Shown: positions 1-11,325, counted from the stretch's first letter. The stretch: 64,000 bases of DNA from Octopus sinensis (GCF_006345805.1 NC_043016.1:3782001-3846000), one strand, 5' to 3'. Notes: generated by a model not told the origin, from the sequence alone. Program-made: numbers and translations.

Positions 1-42
1 TATCCCATGGAGGGTTGCATTTACAACCCCTATCTCAATTTG

Positions 43-73
<31 letters not shown>

Positions 74-91
74 ATATGTATGTATATATGT

Positions 92-141
<50 letters not shown>

Positions 142-239
142 TATATATATATATATGACATTCCCCAGCATCACTACTTGACAATGAAAGAATGAAAGGC
201 CGAATCAATTACTACTCAAGACTTACGAAAACCAAAACA

Positions 240-870
240 CACTCAAGTACGGTAAATATCCTCCCCTATCTCTCAACACACATTCCAAGAAATTGCAGAA
301 GCTTACACTATTATATTCCAAGAACATTCCACACCTGAATCAAGACCCACGTCTAAAAAAAAGTACTCGCAACCCATAAAATAATAAAAAGCAAAAGACA
401 ACCCAAATCCCTAAAAACCTACTCCCCAATGCAAGATTGCCCAGCACAGGCCCGCCACCCACCGTCAAAAAATGTGGTCGTTCCAACTGCAGGACTTGCA
501 TCCACCTCCTTGAAGGATCAGTGTACAAATTCCAGTCGGGACACACTTTTGTCATAAAAAATAACTTCACCTGCGCATCAAAGAATTTACTTTGTCATAA
601 GGTGTGAAGGGTGCCACAAAGATTACATAGGGTAAACGAGCCTTACCCTCAGAGAAAGGATGACAATTCACCAACAACAACTTAGGGAACCCACAACAAG
701 ACAGATACCACTAAGTGGTCATTTAGACCTCTATGCACATAACAAGTCCCCAAATTCCTAGTTTTTCCACTATACCAATGCTCGGACAACACCACTGAGC
801 AAACACGAATAAATAGGGAAAATAATCTTATTCAAAAATACAGACCACAACTCAACATACCCTAACATAC
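240..870 (+). mobile_element. Degenerate Penelope-like element (PLE) fragment: linker plus Zn-finger and GIY-YIG endonuclease
   Basis: Manual translation across frameshifts gives KRQPKSLKNLLPNARL...KCGRSNCRTCIHLL...NNFTCASKNLL/IRCEGCHKDYIG*TSLTLRERMTIHQQQ...LSGHLD. This is the CxxC-flanked GIY-YIG layout typical of Neptune-type PLEs. Confidence 0.85.
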
Positions 871-879
871 CCCCCAGGT

Positions 880-2330
880 ACACATCCAAAACAAACACAC
901 ACAGAAACACATACAGATATACAAAATCACACAAAAACAATGCCAACCTCCGACGCAAATACACACATGCACAAACACAATATCCTCACACTAGAGCACA
1001 AACACACACATTCCAAAAAAACACATACATATATACACTTACAATATGATACTAGCAACCATAACCAACACTCACAAACACATATACACATATGTAAACA
1101 CGGACATGCACACACCTACAGACTGCCCCGAAATTACAAATCACATTCAGACACACATACACACATACACAGATACACAAACACGCAGCTACAACAGAAC
1201 GCACACAAACACACACGCATTTATGCACACCTGTACACACAAAATGCCCGTACCCCAGTAATAAAATCACACACACACACACTTTCAAAAGAAAAAACAC
1301 ACATACACTCACAATACGACCCTAACAAACACAACAAACACTCACAAACATACATACACACAAGGATGGACACACACACAATGATACACACCTCCCCGAC
1401 AAATACAAAACACATAGACACACTCACACAAGCACACCCACACGTATACACACACACTGAACTAACAATACAAACAAAACAAATCACTCACAAACGCAGC
1501 ACACACACACACGAAAACTACATAAACCATATCGACATATATACATGCACACACAAACGCATACTCAATACCAACACACACAAAACGCATATGCACACAT
1601 ATACACACCACCCAGATAAACCCAACAGACATGGACACACAGAACCCCTGATAAATACAACACACTTACACACACATACACATCCACACATACCCACACA
1701 CATACAAAGGCACCCTCTCATTCAGACGGTTACCTACATACACACACACACCACAAGGACAATTAAAACAGAAACATACTCAGACAGACACAACACACAC
1801 ACTCACATACACACACATAGCATCCCAACCAATACAAAAAACACACAAAGATACACGCGTGCACATACAGACACACACACGCGCGAACAAACACATATAC
1901 ACACACATGCGCACACACAACACCATGACAAATACCAATCACACACATATATATACACGCACAACACCAAGACAATCATAACAACACAAACATACTAAGA
2001 CAGATATACACACACACTCATGTACACACACATAGCATCCCCACCAACACAAAAACGCACAAGCATACAGATGCACCCACAGACGCAAACATACACACAC
2101 GCGAACAAAAACATACGCACAATTGCGCGCACACAACACCCTAACAAATATTAATCACACCCATACACACGCACAAACGTGCACACATGTACACACAGCA
2201 TCCTACCAAATATTAAACACACACAGACACATTTACATACATCACAATAAACCCTAGGACCAATCAAAAACGGTCTACACACACAAACACAAGCACATGT
2301 ATATACACGCACACAGCCACACACACACCA
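880..2330. repeat. Degenerate CA-rich minisatellite with higher-order units
   Basis: CA-rich low complexity. Blocks at ~1005-1090 and ~1273-1360 are similar, as are ~1804-1968 and ~2019-2190. This explains the spurious H/T-rich 352-aa ORF at 940..1998. Confidence 0.8.
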
Positions 2331-2974
2331 TTCTGACCTCTAAGACCAGTCCCAAATCCACTGAACCATGAAAAACTAGCCATGAAAGACCAACCATGAA
2401 AGAGAAACAAAAAATTATTTTCAATTCCACGTTGTACTTCCTTCCCCCCACCCAAACCAACCTCCCACACTGTCCCTTAAAATAGTAAACAGCCTTTAAC
2501 TTCACAGAAAATGAAAAAAAATGGTAAAACAGGTCAGTTTATCTCAAATTCTTTGTAAACTCTTAAATATATCTCCTTCTGTGTATATATATATATACCA
2601 CCAGATATGACCCTTTTGAACTTATAATTTTCTGTGTATATATATAGATACTTCCAAACAAACATGATTTTTAATGAAATCCTAATATTTTTAATGAACA
2701 TTTTGATATTTTCTCAAGATTTTTCCTTGTAAACTGTTTTTAACATTTTTTTATTACTATCAAAGAATGTATTGTAATATTTTCTGACTACCAGTACTTA
2801 ACACAACAAAGCCTTTACATTTTACTTTTGACAATCTTTTTCTAAAAAAGTGAAACCGGTCAAGTGAATAAACATCTTTTAAAATTGCATTTTCAAACCT
2901 TCTTTTATATATATTTCCACTCGTGCGGTACCTTACAACTTCACTTTGCCATATATATATATATATAAACTTTG

Positions 2975-3800
2975 TTTACGAATTAGTAAAGAGACGCACT
3001 TTATTACAAAATACAGGCCCCTTTTGAACGCGTCTACGACAAACGACATATCCACCTCGGCCTTCGAATAACACAAATACACACGCAAATATTAAAGATG
3101 ATACGCTCGAGAGATTCCCAAGAATTCATTAAAAAACAGTCCCAATCACTGCTAGAATCCATTAGGTGCCAATTTTAAGTCATTTAACACCTTACTACTT
3201 TCACACTACCTACATTCCCTCTTATTTCCCTTCTTTTTCTTTCTTCTTCTTCTTCTTCTTCTTCTTCTTCTTCTTCTTCTTCTTCTTCTTCTTCTTCTTC
3301 TTCTTCTTCTTCTTCTTCTTCTTCTTCTTCTTTTTCTTCTTCTTCTTCTTTCTCTTCTTCTCTTCTTCTTCTTCTTCTTCCTCCTCCTTCTCCTTCTAAT
3401 TTCTTATTAATGCTGTTTAGAATAACACATACGCAAATTCTATAAACAAAACATTCAAAAGAAATATTTTCATGAATGAACAGCGACTGCTACCATCAAC
3501 TGTGGGTCAGCGCAGCTGACCATTCAAAATACTACTATCATGGCACTCCCACATTCTTCTTCTTCTCCTTCTCCCTCTCCTTCTTCTTCTTTCCTACAAA
3601 GAATTCACATGGACCTTGAACCCACAAGAGTAAACAAGAGAGACAGAGACAGGCAGAAACAAGGAAAATGCCACTTCTACTTGAACACTATACAAATATG
3701 TTTTTAAAACTTTTCTTTTAATTTTTTCTAAATTTAATTATTTAATTGTCACAGTTCAAAAAGTCTCAGTGATTGAAACCGGTACTGAATGTTTTCTATA
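2975..3800 (+). mobile_element. PLE 3' end remnant: endonuclease C-terminus plus 3' UTR containing a (TTC)n tract
   Basis: Translation RISKETHFITKYRPLLN matches the PLE EN terminus motif R..KE..FI.KY.P.LN. A GAAACCGGTA HHR half-motif lies at 3775-3784. Confidence 0.6.
3237..3398. repeat. (TTC)n microsatellite
   Basis: Direct reading of the sequence. Confidence 0.98.
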
Positions 3801-4212
3801 AAATTATTTTAGCATGTTCTATCTTGACTTTTTTCCATATATATATATATATATATATATATGGAAAAAAGTCAAGATATATATATATATATATATAGAC
3901 ATATATATAAATAGATACATATATATAAATATTGCCACATTGCACCCTCCTTTGCTGATGCGGCAGAAGTTACAGGAACATTGCATGGAAACTTTTATTT
4001 CAACCGTCTTATACATCCGACATTAAACCTTCAAAATTTCACCTGTTTCGGTCTCTTAGATTCCATTGAATGGACAGACCTTTCGCTCTGAAGGTAAGGT
4101 ATATATATATATAAATGTATTGCTGTATTTGGGGTATGGTGATGTTGCTAGTTTAACCATTGAAAACACACGCACTATATATTAGGTGTTCATTTACTTC
4201 AGCTTTGTTTTA

Positions 4213-4934
4213 TCTATATACATAAAACTCAACTTGTGTGTCTGTGTGTGTATCTGTGTGTGTGTGTGTCTGTGTGTTTAACTTCCCAGCACATCTCCTC
4301 CTAGCCAACAAATCGTAGAACCACCAAAAATGGGTAACTTAAAGTTTAGGCGAATGAAAATTGAACTGCACTATATCTGTTCCGAAATTCATCTCGCAAG
4401 TGCAAAAATCTATAATGTGTTTGTTTAGGCCTTATCCCATGCATTGAATAGTGAACTTTACTCAGTCAGCTGTTTGACGTGAACTGTGTTCACCACCCGT
4501 GCAAGCATGCGTAAATTGCATGAAAAATTTAAAAAATCAAGATATAAAAACGAATCGCCATAAACATTGTAGAAATTCGGCAAAGAAATGAATTTTCGGG
4601 ATGTAGCCTGGAGGGATTTTTCGTATTAATCGTTTGAACTTTGTGAACACATACCAATTGTTTTCATAACATTTTTAACGCTTGAATTAAATGTGACCAT
4701 TTTGCGTTGAGTCTGCAGTTTGAATCACTTTAACCAAATTTTAGCAGGCCGGATTTTGATCATCACGATACATCGCCAGCGACTCCCTGAACTCTCCCCT
4801 GAGATCCCCGTTGAGAAATCTATATATAAACTCAACTTGTGTGTCTGTGTGTGTATCTGTGTGTGCGTCTGTGTGTTTAACTTTTGGATCTACCAAGTTT
4901 CATTATTAAGGATGAAAAGTAGTGGTGTAGCAAA
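4213..4934 (+). mobile_element. Two Helitron-like 5' termini and bodies (non-autonomous)
   Basis: a^TCTATATA..AAACTCAACTTGTGTGTCTGTGTG... occurs at 4213 and again at 4819. The 3' ends were not identified. Confidence 0.5.
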
Positions 4935-5317
4935 TCTATATATATAAAGCTGAAGTTGTCTGTGTGTGGCAGTTTGGTAGCCTTCAACTAACACTATCTC
5001 CTTCGAGACCCTGCAGCGCAAGTTGACCAAATTGAAAGTATGATAGAAGGCTTGCTCTTCATTCTGTAGAAGATAAAATTCAAATCGACCATGTTAACAC
5101 CAAAATTTATTTACATCAAAAGGTGCTTTTTTTCTATGAAAATCCCTATTTTTTTACGATTTTTGACTGCTGTGTCACCATTTTTCGGTGTATTTCAACT
5201 GGAAAAATGTTCACTTGAAGAGAATAAAAAGTTGCATAATGCAAAATTTTTACTTTTCAAAAATTCCAATTCCAAAGGGTCGAAACAAACCCAAGCAACA
5301 CCGGGTGATACTGCTAG
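4935..5317 (+). mobile_element. Non-autonomous Helitron
   Basis: The 5' end is a^TC (TCTATATATATAAAGCTGAAG). A subterminal hairpin ACCCAAGCAACACCGGGT is followed by a CTAG^t 3' end at 5314-5317, inserted between A and T. Confidence 0.75.
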
Positions 5318-5487
5318 TATTAATATAAAATAAAGCTGAAGCAAGTGGACGCTAAATATATAGTGAGACATATATAGTTTTCATTGGCTAAACTAGCAGC
5401 AATGACCATCCCCAAATACAGTAATATCTGTTTCAACACGCTAATTCACATCAAGAATCTTGCAAAACGATTATATAAACGTATGTG

Positions 5488-5548
<61 letters not shown>

Positions 5549-5555
5549 ATATATA

Positions 5556-6980
5556 TGATGGCTGCCCCCTCGTTATCAAGTACGGACATTGCACGAAGCT
5601 TAACTGTTACTGGTGCTGTAATCGAATGTGACTTTTTAGCCCAGCTAAAGTTCTACAATGTTTTGTACAAATTGGCAACTAATACCTTTACCAGTAACAG
5701 CGGCCTGTAGTTTTAACTGGGCTTCATGTACCTATGCATGTCGTTTAAGTCCTCCTGCCGAATTACACTCTCTTCCACATGCTTGACAGATATGATTAGT
5801 ATGGTGTGTTACACCACCACCAGTGGCCAGGTTGTCACTCATCTGTCTCGCTCTATGACTACGAAGATGACTCTTGAGTCCAGCTTTACTGCGGCAGGGT
5901 CTTGCACAGACACTGCATGTCAGCATCATAGGAAGACCCTTCCCATCTGGAAGTGTAATAGCGAAGTCCTTCCTGACATCCCTCCTTACTTTCTCATGCG
6001 CAACTCGAGATTTCGCAAAAATAGCTGTTCCCTCGTGCACAACCCTTCTCCACCTGCTACGCTCAATAGCTATGCCCTCCCATGTGTCAGGAGAGATGCA
6101 AGCATCTCTTAAGGAAGCCTTCGGCAAGTCCTTATACCTCTTTTTTGGTTTATGTGCGGGTCGTTCTCCTTCAAAAGAGTTGTTTTGGCATCCTTGAATC
6201 CTTCATCCTGACCAGATGACCACTCCATCCGAGCCTTTGCTTTAACACAAGAGCTTCTATACTTTCGCACCGAAAGCTTTCCAATATTTCAAGACCACTG
6301 ATGCGGTCCTCCCATTTAATGCTATAGATCCGTCTGAGACACATCAGATGGAAACGTTCCAGTTGTTTAAGGTGGTATCGATATGTGACCCGCATCTCGC
6401 AGGCATAGAGAAGAGAAGGGAGCATACAGGATTTGTACACCTTTATCTGTGTATTTCTACATATGTCTCGCCGACTCCAGAACCTTCCGAAAGCATCACT
6501 TGCTTTCCTAATTCTGTATGGAATTTCATCATCTAAATTGCTATATCTATTAATAGTGCTTCCCAGGTAGACAAACTGATCAACTACATCAAGTCGTTTA
6601 CCATACACATAGATATCTGATACACTATACTGCTTACCAGGGGCAGGTTGGTACATGACAACAGTTTTCTTGAGAGTGACTGCCAATCCTAAGGCAGTGC
6701 AAGCATCAGAGGTTCGATAATGGATGTAAACACCGTATCTGCAGTTGCTGAATGCAATGCCGAAAACAAACACAAAAATATTGCAAATAGTGTCGGTGCC
6801 AGAATATCCCCCTGTTTCACTCCATTTTGTATTGAAATGGGCTCCGATATTTTCCCTCTAACATTTTGTATTGAAATGGGCTCCGATATTTTCCCTCTAA
6901 CATTTTTCATGAAAATACCTAACCAAAACAAGGAACTTTGCAGGACACCCAAGTTTCTGGAGGACTTTTCACAATGCTTT
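5556..6980 (-). mobile_element. 5'-truncated RTE-clade LINE (RT C-terminal half plus C-terminal C2H2 fingers), frameshifted
   Basis: ORFs 6689..7003 (NGVKQGDILAPTLF), 6171..6773 (VDQFVYLGS...LLYACE...RLGWSGHLVRMKDSRMPKQLF) and 5732..6127 (SRWRRVVHEG...CSVCARPCRSKAGLKSHLRSH). There is a 39-bp in-frame tandem duplication at 6823-6900. Confidence 0.93.
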
Positions 6981-7005
6981 TCTTTATACATATACATATA
7001 CATAT

Positions 7006-7306
7006 ATCACCGTGACCGACCAGGCTATCAGATGTTGCTACACATCGCTGGTTACAATGCGCTTAGCATTGTTTTAGCCTTCAAATGACGCCACCCCGCT
7101 GGCTAAGCGAGAAGGCCAACAGACGAAAGAGTGAGAGAAAGTCGTGGCGAAAGAGTACAGCAGGGATTGCCACAACCCCATGCCGGAGCCTCGTGGAGCT
7201 TTAAGTGTTTTCGCTCAATAAACACTCACAACGCCCGGTCTGGGAATCGAAACCACGATCCTACGACCGCGAGTTCGCTGCCCTAACCACGGGCCATTGC
7301 GCCTCC
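7006..7306 (-). mobile_element. Full-length tRNA-derived SINE
   Basis: The minus-strand head GGAGGCGCAATGGCCCGTGGTTAGGGCAGCG...GTGGTTTCGATTCCCAGACC has A and B boxes. It is followed by a body and an RTE-like 3' tail ending GGTCGGTCACGGTGAT next to (TA)n. Confidence 0.85.
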
Positions 7307-7354
7307 ATACATATACATATATATATATATATTATATATATATATATATATAAT

Positions 7355-7440
<86 letters not shown>

Positions 7441-7443
<3 letters not shown>

Positions 7444-7980
7444 AACAAAGTCAAATGCGATACAATAAAATTAATTATTATCGCTGGTGTTCTGGGACAC
7501 GCCATATATTATTCATATATAAGTACACTAAAAGGCGAAGTGTGTACCAGATACACAAAAGCTGGATAAATTTAATGAGATGAAAATTAAAAACTTTTAC
7601 AAACTTAGTTCTTCTTAGACTGCAGTTTCGCCTATTTCATCAATAAAAATAATATTTATTTACTCAGGTAGGCTCTTCAGTAAGATTCCTGTTATTATGG
7701 GAAGCGCACATTAATAGAGGCACATGCGTCTATTAAATTGCTCTTTCTAAACAATTAAAATCACTGCGCAGACTCAGAACGTACCCGGCAAAATAGGGTT
7801 TTCTGGTATATCGTCTAACGCTCAAAAATTTATCGAGAAAATACGTAAACAAAGTCAAATGCGATACAATAAAATTAATTATTATCGCTGGTGTTCTGGG
7901 ACACGCCAAATATTATTCATATATAAGTACACTAAAAGGCGAAGTGTGTACCAGATACACAAAAGCTGGATAAATTTATA
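7441..7980 (-). mobile_element. Partial-tandem non-coding unit (~405-bp period) with ~135-bp direct repeats, embedded in (TA)n; PLE pseudo-LTR or retrozyme-like
   Basis: 7441-7580 and 7846-7980 are nearly identical, and the unique middle carries an HHR. There are (TA)n arrays on both sides. Confidence 0.75.
7613..7685 (-). ncRNA. Type I hammerhead ribozyme (minimal, palindromic loop III)
   Basis: The minus strand reads UCUUA-CUGAAGA-GCCUA-(AU-rich loop)-UAGGC-GAAA-C-UGCA-G-UC|UAAGA. It has 5-bp stem I, 5-bp stem II, an intact catalytic core and a GUC cleavage triplet. Confidence 0.85.
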
Positions 7981-8220
7981 TATATATATATATATATAGG
8001 AATGCCTTCTTTTTTCTGTCGGGGGCTTATATGCCCCTTCATTTGTCTATTTTCCTTACTCATTGCACGGTGATCCCCATAAACTTATGTTTATAAAAAA
8101 TAACATTACGTAAGAAAATATTCATGTGTCGATATGTACTAATATACTATGTATACGCATGTTAAGTCGAATTTATAAATGTATGAGTATGATTGCCTCA
8201 ATTGAGCTAATTTTGTAATT

Positions 8221-8320
<100 letters not shown>

Positions 8321-8321
8321 T

Positions 8322-8368
<47 letters not shown>

Positions 8369-8559
8369 CAAGGATATATTATCCGGATAGATACCGTATT
8401 AGCAAACTTTTAAGTTCCAGTCACCGCTTAACCACAACGATCAATATCTAACATCTGTGTCTACATTTAGTTGTTAATCACTCCGTGAATTCTTTTGATA
8501 TGTAATTCCGTGTGTCCTAACGCTCGACAGTGAAAACCATCTGGAGTAGGTATTTTTGA

Positions 8560-9540
8560 TATCGAGAGTAGTGCTTGAACTGAAGGGGTTTTTTTTGTAT
8601 ATATTCACGTTTCGGTTGAGCTGCACATTATTTGTTGTACATTGTGAAGAGTATTTGTGTTTTTTTTTATTAACGATGGTTGTTAAATATTTTTATGCTC
8701 AGGTTATGTTATTTTATTTGTTATATCAACCCCAATAGTTGTGTGAGTTTTTGCTATCTAGAATTAACTCTATATCTCTTAAAGGTCCTACCGTTTTTGT
8801 GCAAACATCTCAGAGCTTGTTCGTGTTTAGTATTAATTAATGTGTGTTTTGATGTAAACATTTGGTAAAGCTCTTCTATGCACAAGTCGCATCTATTTCC
8901 CCATATTCAATAGAGTAGGCATTATTCTTGTCATTAATCGATCAAATTAGTTTATTTAGGCTTGGGTCGTTTTCTTTTCCTATTTATCAGGGAATTTGAA
9001 TGATTGGCCAGTCTGTTTTTGAAACAAAGACAGCTGGTCCCTATATAAATATATTCCCTTCCCTCCAAGGTAACTTTATGTATATAGACTTAACAGGCAT
9101 ATTTTATCTCTAGCAAAGTTGCATAAACTTGTTTATCTATTATTGTGTTATTGACTTCATTAGAAATCTCCCCCATTCCACCGGTCTGGTAATGTTTCTG
9201 AATTCCCCATGGATATTAATTTTAGTGCTTCTCTTTCTAGCATTTTGAACTTTTATTTCTATGCCTGTGAAAGAATTTTCTCCATTTAGTGCCACTAGGA
9301 TCTCATTGCTTATGTTCCTTTTGTTATTAATTATTTTTTCCGTATTATTAAGATTCAGATTACTAGGATCCCATTGGAAATTGTATAGTTTACTTGCATT
9401 ACGAGCCGATATTATTTGTGCCAGGCTGGGAAAATGGAAAAAGGTGAGGCGTACGTTGTGTTTATTAAATATGTTATAGTAGCTGCTATTTTTAGATAAC
9501 TGTCCTAACTGAGATGAAGTGGTGGCCAACAGCACATACC
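8560..9540 (-). mobile_element. Degenerate PLE fragment (linker plus GIY-YIG endonuclease)
   Basis: ORF 9140..9535 (FNKHNVRLTFFHFPSLAQIISARN) is followed by VYIHKVTLEGREYIYIGTSCLCFKNRLANHSNSL and ...NRCDLCIEE, a GIY-YIG with the C-terminal CxLC motif. Confidence 0.8.
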
Positions 9541-9779
9541 TATAAACAGCAACACCCCCACTTCCCTCAGAACACTAACTAACAAAGATTTACTTCAATC
9601 AGTTCCCTTCGAGGATGACCAAATGGACGGACCATGATGAAGCTACACCGATAATATTGTAAGGCTACATTTGCAAGTGAGTAGTCGCTGAAGCGGAAAC
9701 ACGTGGTCATTATAATATGCTGTCTGTAACTATCAAATGAATTTTGTGGATGACTGTGGGGTAAGAAGCTTGCAGGAAC

Positions 9780-10850
9780 ATGTCGAAGAAACAGGACAAT
9801 GTAATGGAGTGGGAGATTGTCCCACCCAAAGAGTGGGGGGAAGATTTGGAAGAGAGGACGGTTGTGTTGAGGACATACTCCAAGTCGCTCGACACCATCA
9901 CCCTCTTTAAAAAGACAAACAGAAAGCGAGAGTTGGTGGAGTTTATGCCAACTGTAAAATTTATTTCCAGGAGTGTCAAATACGCGACGGTGTGGTAGCT
10001 ATTTGACACCCCTGAAGAGGCTCGCAAATTTGCAGTTTGACACCCGGAATAGAAACCAAGTTGATAGAAGATACCATCCGTCTGGATCTGGATGACAGCG
10101 GAGCCAATGCTGCGCAATGTCAAAATTTTGCCGGCGGCTGATTGGGTGGAGTCAAAAGTGGTGTTGACCCTGTGGACCCAATCAGCCAAGAATCTGGTTT
10201 TTCCAGATCTTTTTTAAATGGCCGTTCAAGGTATCCGGTGATTCATGAGGGACGCCCCCCCCCCCAGGTGTCACCTGTGCTTGGAACCAGGCCATATTAA
10301 AAAGAGCTGCCCCAAGGACCAAGGTATGGTCCTGGAACAGCTGGTGATGGAAGAACCCTCACCTCTTCCTTCGGAGGGAGAGACGGGGGTAGTGAAGACT
10401 TTCCCCCCACCCACACACACACACCAATAAAAGTGGCAAAGGGAAGGTGGAAAACGATGGGTGCCCACCGAAAAACCCCGAGGTTGCGGAGCGAAGGAAG
10501 ATCCTCCGGTTAAAGCAGAAGAACCACACCCTCCCGTAGCAAAGAGGAGAAAAAGAAGAAAAAGGGGACAGTGTCGGCGGTTAATACACTGCCGGCAGGT
10601 TCCGAAGCCCCGTCGGTGGATATTGTACGACCGACGGAGGAAGTTGTAGCTTCAACTCAATTGAGGAACAAAGTTTAGTTTTCTCCAGAAAGTGAGAGAC
10701 GATGGGAAAACTTTTTAAAAGCTTGCCAAGGGAGGAGATGTCGACGTATTCCGCTTCCGAACGAGGTACCCTTAACGAGGTACACTATCGGAGTGCCTGA
10801 GTGACACTTCGTGACGGGTCGGGTGCCGGCGGGGCGGTAAATAATAAAAG
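9780..10850 (+). mobile_element. Degenerate L1/Tx1-type ORF1 (gag-like: RRM-like region, CCHC knuckle, basic low-complexity tail) with no adjacent ORF2
   Basis: GC-rich island. EERTVVLRTYSK...ATVW*LFDTPEEARKFAV, then RCHLCLEPGHIKKSCP (CX2CX4HX4C) at ~10266-10310, then a K/R/E-rich tail. AATAAA follows near 10843. Confidence 0.7.
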
Positions 10851-11204
10851 TAATAAAATGAGTGCCTCATATTGTAAGAACATATGGCCCATAAGAAGAA
10901 AATTGTAAGAGGCTTAGTGCCTCATTTTATGGACATGGTGTCATTTGAGGTAAGAGGCTTAGTGCTTCATTGTAAGGACCTTCAGTCCAAAAGAAATATT
11001 GGTAAAAGGTTTATTGCCTCAAATTGTAAGTTCACAAAAGAACAAAGTTTTAGAGAAGCAAAGATCGGCGGGTGTCTTTTGCCTTCTCTCATTAATATCA
11101 TCCTGTTCATCATTCATCTCATCTCATTAATGTCTTTGTCCAGCCAGCAGCTTCTTCATCTGTGTACGGCTTTCAAGGCAAAATTAATGAAATAAAGAAG
11201 CTTG

Positions 11205-11325
11205 CTTATCAAGCACATGGCACCTTCAGCAAGTGTCTTCTACTATAGCTTCGGGTCTCCGCCCAAAGCCTTGTGAGTAGATTTAGTAGACAGAAACTGA
11301 AAGAAGCCCGTCGTGTATTATATTG
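11205..11325 (+). mobile_element. SINE fragment (family with the CAAGTGTCTTCTACTATAGC...CCAAAGCCTTGTGAGT...GAAACTGAAAGAAGCCCGTCG core)
   Basis: An inverted homolog of this core lies at 16290-16440. Confidence 0.65.

Noticed and set aside
940-1998. 352-aa His/Thr-rich ORF
   Set aside because: It is a by-product of stop-poor CA-rich low-complexity DNA and has no domain signature.
7230-7306. Genuine tRNA gene (also at 59637-59721 and ~33375-33400)
   Set aside because: The A/B-box heads do not close a cloverleaf and run into SINE bodies.
10861-11030. CRISPR array
   Set aside because: There are only 3-4 imperfect repeats in a eukaryotic context with no cas genes. It is kept only as a hairpin repeat array.
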